From: Paraphysomonas bandaiensis
Taxonomy: Eukaryota > Protista > Chrysophyceae
DNA length: 64,000 nt
Assembly (NCBI GenBank): GCA_965644295.1
Contig: CBFFRP010000126.1
Span: 1 to 64,000, forward strand
Direction: 5' to 3'
The notes under the pieces are model-generated. The model was not told where the DNA came from and did not search any database. It saw nothing but the letters and a program-made list of their open reading frames with translations. The position numbers were made by a program, and so were the translations under genes. Positions 62,660 through 64,000 of the stretch are shown here, one piece after another; positions within the stretch are counted from its first letter, which is position 1, and every line of letters starts with the position of its first letter.

Positions 62660-64000
62660 CTAGCCACTAATTACTGTATGACCACCCTGCATTGTAATGG
62701 ATATCACAGTGGCAGCTTGAGATTGAAAGATGGGGTTATGACTAATACAGACGACCTGTTGCGTCGCGCCCAAAGATGTCTGTGGAGTTGAATGATAAGT
62801 AAACATACTATTGATTGATACCGCGATGGCTTTCTGGTTACCCTCATCCAGTGCAGCATCTACCTCATCCTAGTGGTGCATCAGCATTACATTATAATAC
62901 ACATAAGAAACCTGGACAGATATGTCAGATTACTAACCAACAGATAGATAGGGGATCGCGTAGTAAGTGCACAAGCAAACATAAACGCAAGTCCCAAAAG
63001 GACTTGCTGCCCTCCAGAGAGTTCCTCCGCTGATCGCTCCTCCCCTTCCCCATCTCTAATCTTGAGCACAATTTTCAGACCCTTTTCTATATCCGAAGCA
63101 TACACTACATTGCTCTCTGTTGTCCAAGAGGCTGGGACAAGGTCAACATAGCGCCCCGGCACAAGATCACGAAAGTACTGCTGAAAGCTTTGACGCAGAT
63201 TGGAGAAGTACGTCAGGTGTCGGGAATCCAGCTCGCTCTGCGCTTTTACTACGCCTTCCTTGAGAATTTCCAGTCCAGTTATAATCTGGTCCACCTTGTC
63301 CCGAAACGTGTCCAGAACCGCACTCTTGTGCATTATTTCAGCTCGTCGCTCCACCCTGTCCCTTCTATCCTTAGTGTTATTGGAGCATAACGTTTTCAGT
63401 TCAGCGCATTTTCCACACAATTGTCTCTCTCGCACTTGCAAGGCCGATATCTCATCATATAAACTGACAACACAGCCCTCCGGATCCTGAGTCAAACTTT
63501 CCTCCCAATTCATATCAAGTATAGAACCTAATCTACAAGCGTCTTATATGATACAATACAAATGTATAGAGAGTCTTTACCTTTCTGCGATGTGTTGCCG
63601 CTGTAGCTTCATCCATTCCTCTGACATAGAACACGCTTGAATGCCATCTCGTTGCAAAATACCTCCCTCGATATCTTCAGGTTGAATAAGATGAAACATT
63701 TCGTCAGACAACTTCATCTCAACCCTAGAGGCATAGTTCCTATCTTTGTCTAATACCATACTCAATTGTGCTATCTGCTCCAGGATGTCTTCCTGTTCCT
63801 GATCATCTCCTTCACATGTAGTACGAGGGTCTGAATTCTGTGCACAGGCATGTATGAAATAGCTACATTGTTCTTGTTGCGAATTGCGCACCTCTATATG
63901 CTGTACAAGTTCCAAACGTTCAAGGTCCACTGCTTTTGCCTCTTTTTCGAGTTCCAGTACCCGCTCTCTGTCCACCACTACGCTCTCTCGAAGCTCGGTA
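62660..64000 (-). CDS. SMC-family ATPase, C-terminal part (gene extends beyond window)
   Basis: Coiled coil followed by signature EELSGGQQ, Walker B/D-loop PIYLL|DEVDAALD and Q..CISH. Confidence 0.88.

Overview
Eukaryotic nuclear DNA with compact genes and many short (~50-nt) GT-AG introns. The gene set and style suggest a protist, probably a stramenopile (inference only). The first 8.2 kb is a 314-bp tandem satellite of about 26 copies, running off the left edge. Genes follow in this order: PH-DnaJ-PDZ protein, secreted His-brace/LPMO-like + ependymin-like fusion, glycosyltransferase-like protein, multi-pass membrane protein, stand-alone BtaB-like methyltransferase, nucleoplasmin-like protein, F-box/ARM protein, DIS3, a second glycosyltransferase-like protein, Cys-type SelO, Sec61-gamma, BK/Slo K+ channel, divergent importin-alpha, RPL28 and the 3' end of an SMC gene. 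Mobile DNA is abundant: a young Ty1/copia element (identical LTRs, non-canonical TG..TA ends, in-frame integrase deletion), an older copia relic, a hAT element with an 8-bp TSD, MITEs and two adjacent large foldback inverted repeats. The best candidate for an undescribed system is a ~480-bp dispersed retroposon family (4 copies). Its 5' end threads onto an L1Tc/ingi-type HDV-like ribozyme fold, and its 3' tail is shared with a putative RTE-like LINE relic in the same window. The LPMO-like/ependymin fusion is the second candidate. All alignments, folds and splice models were done by eye, so exon limits are approximate.
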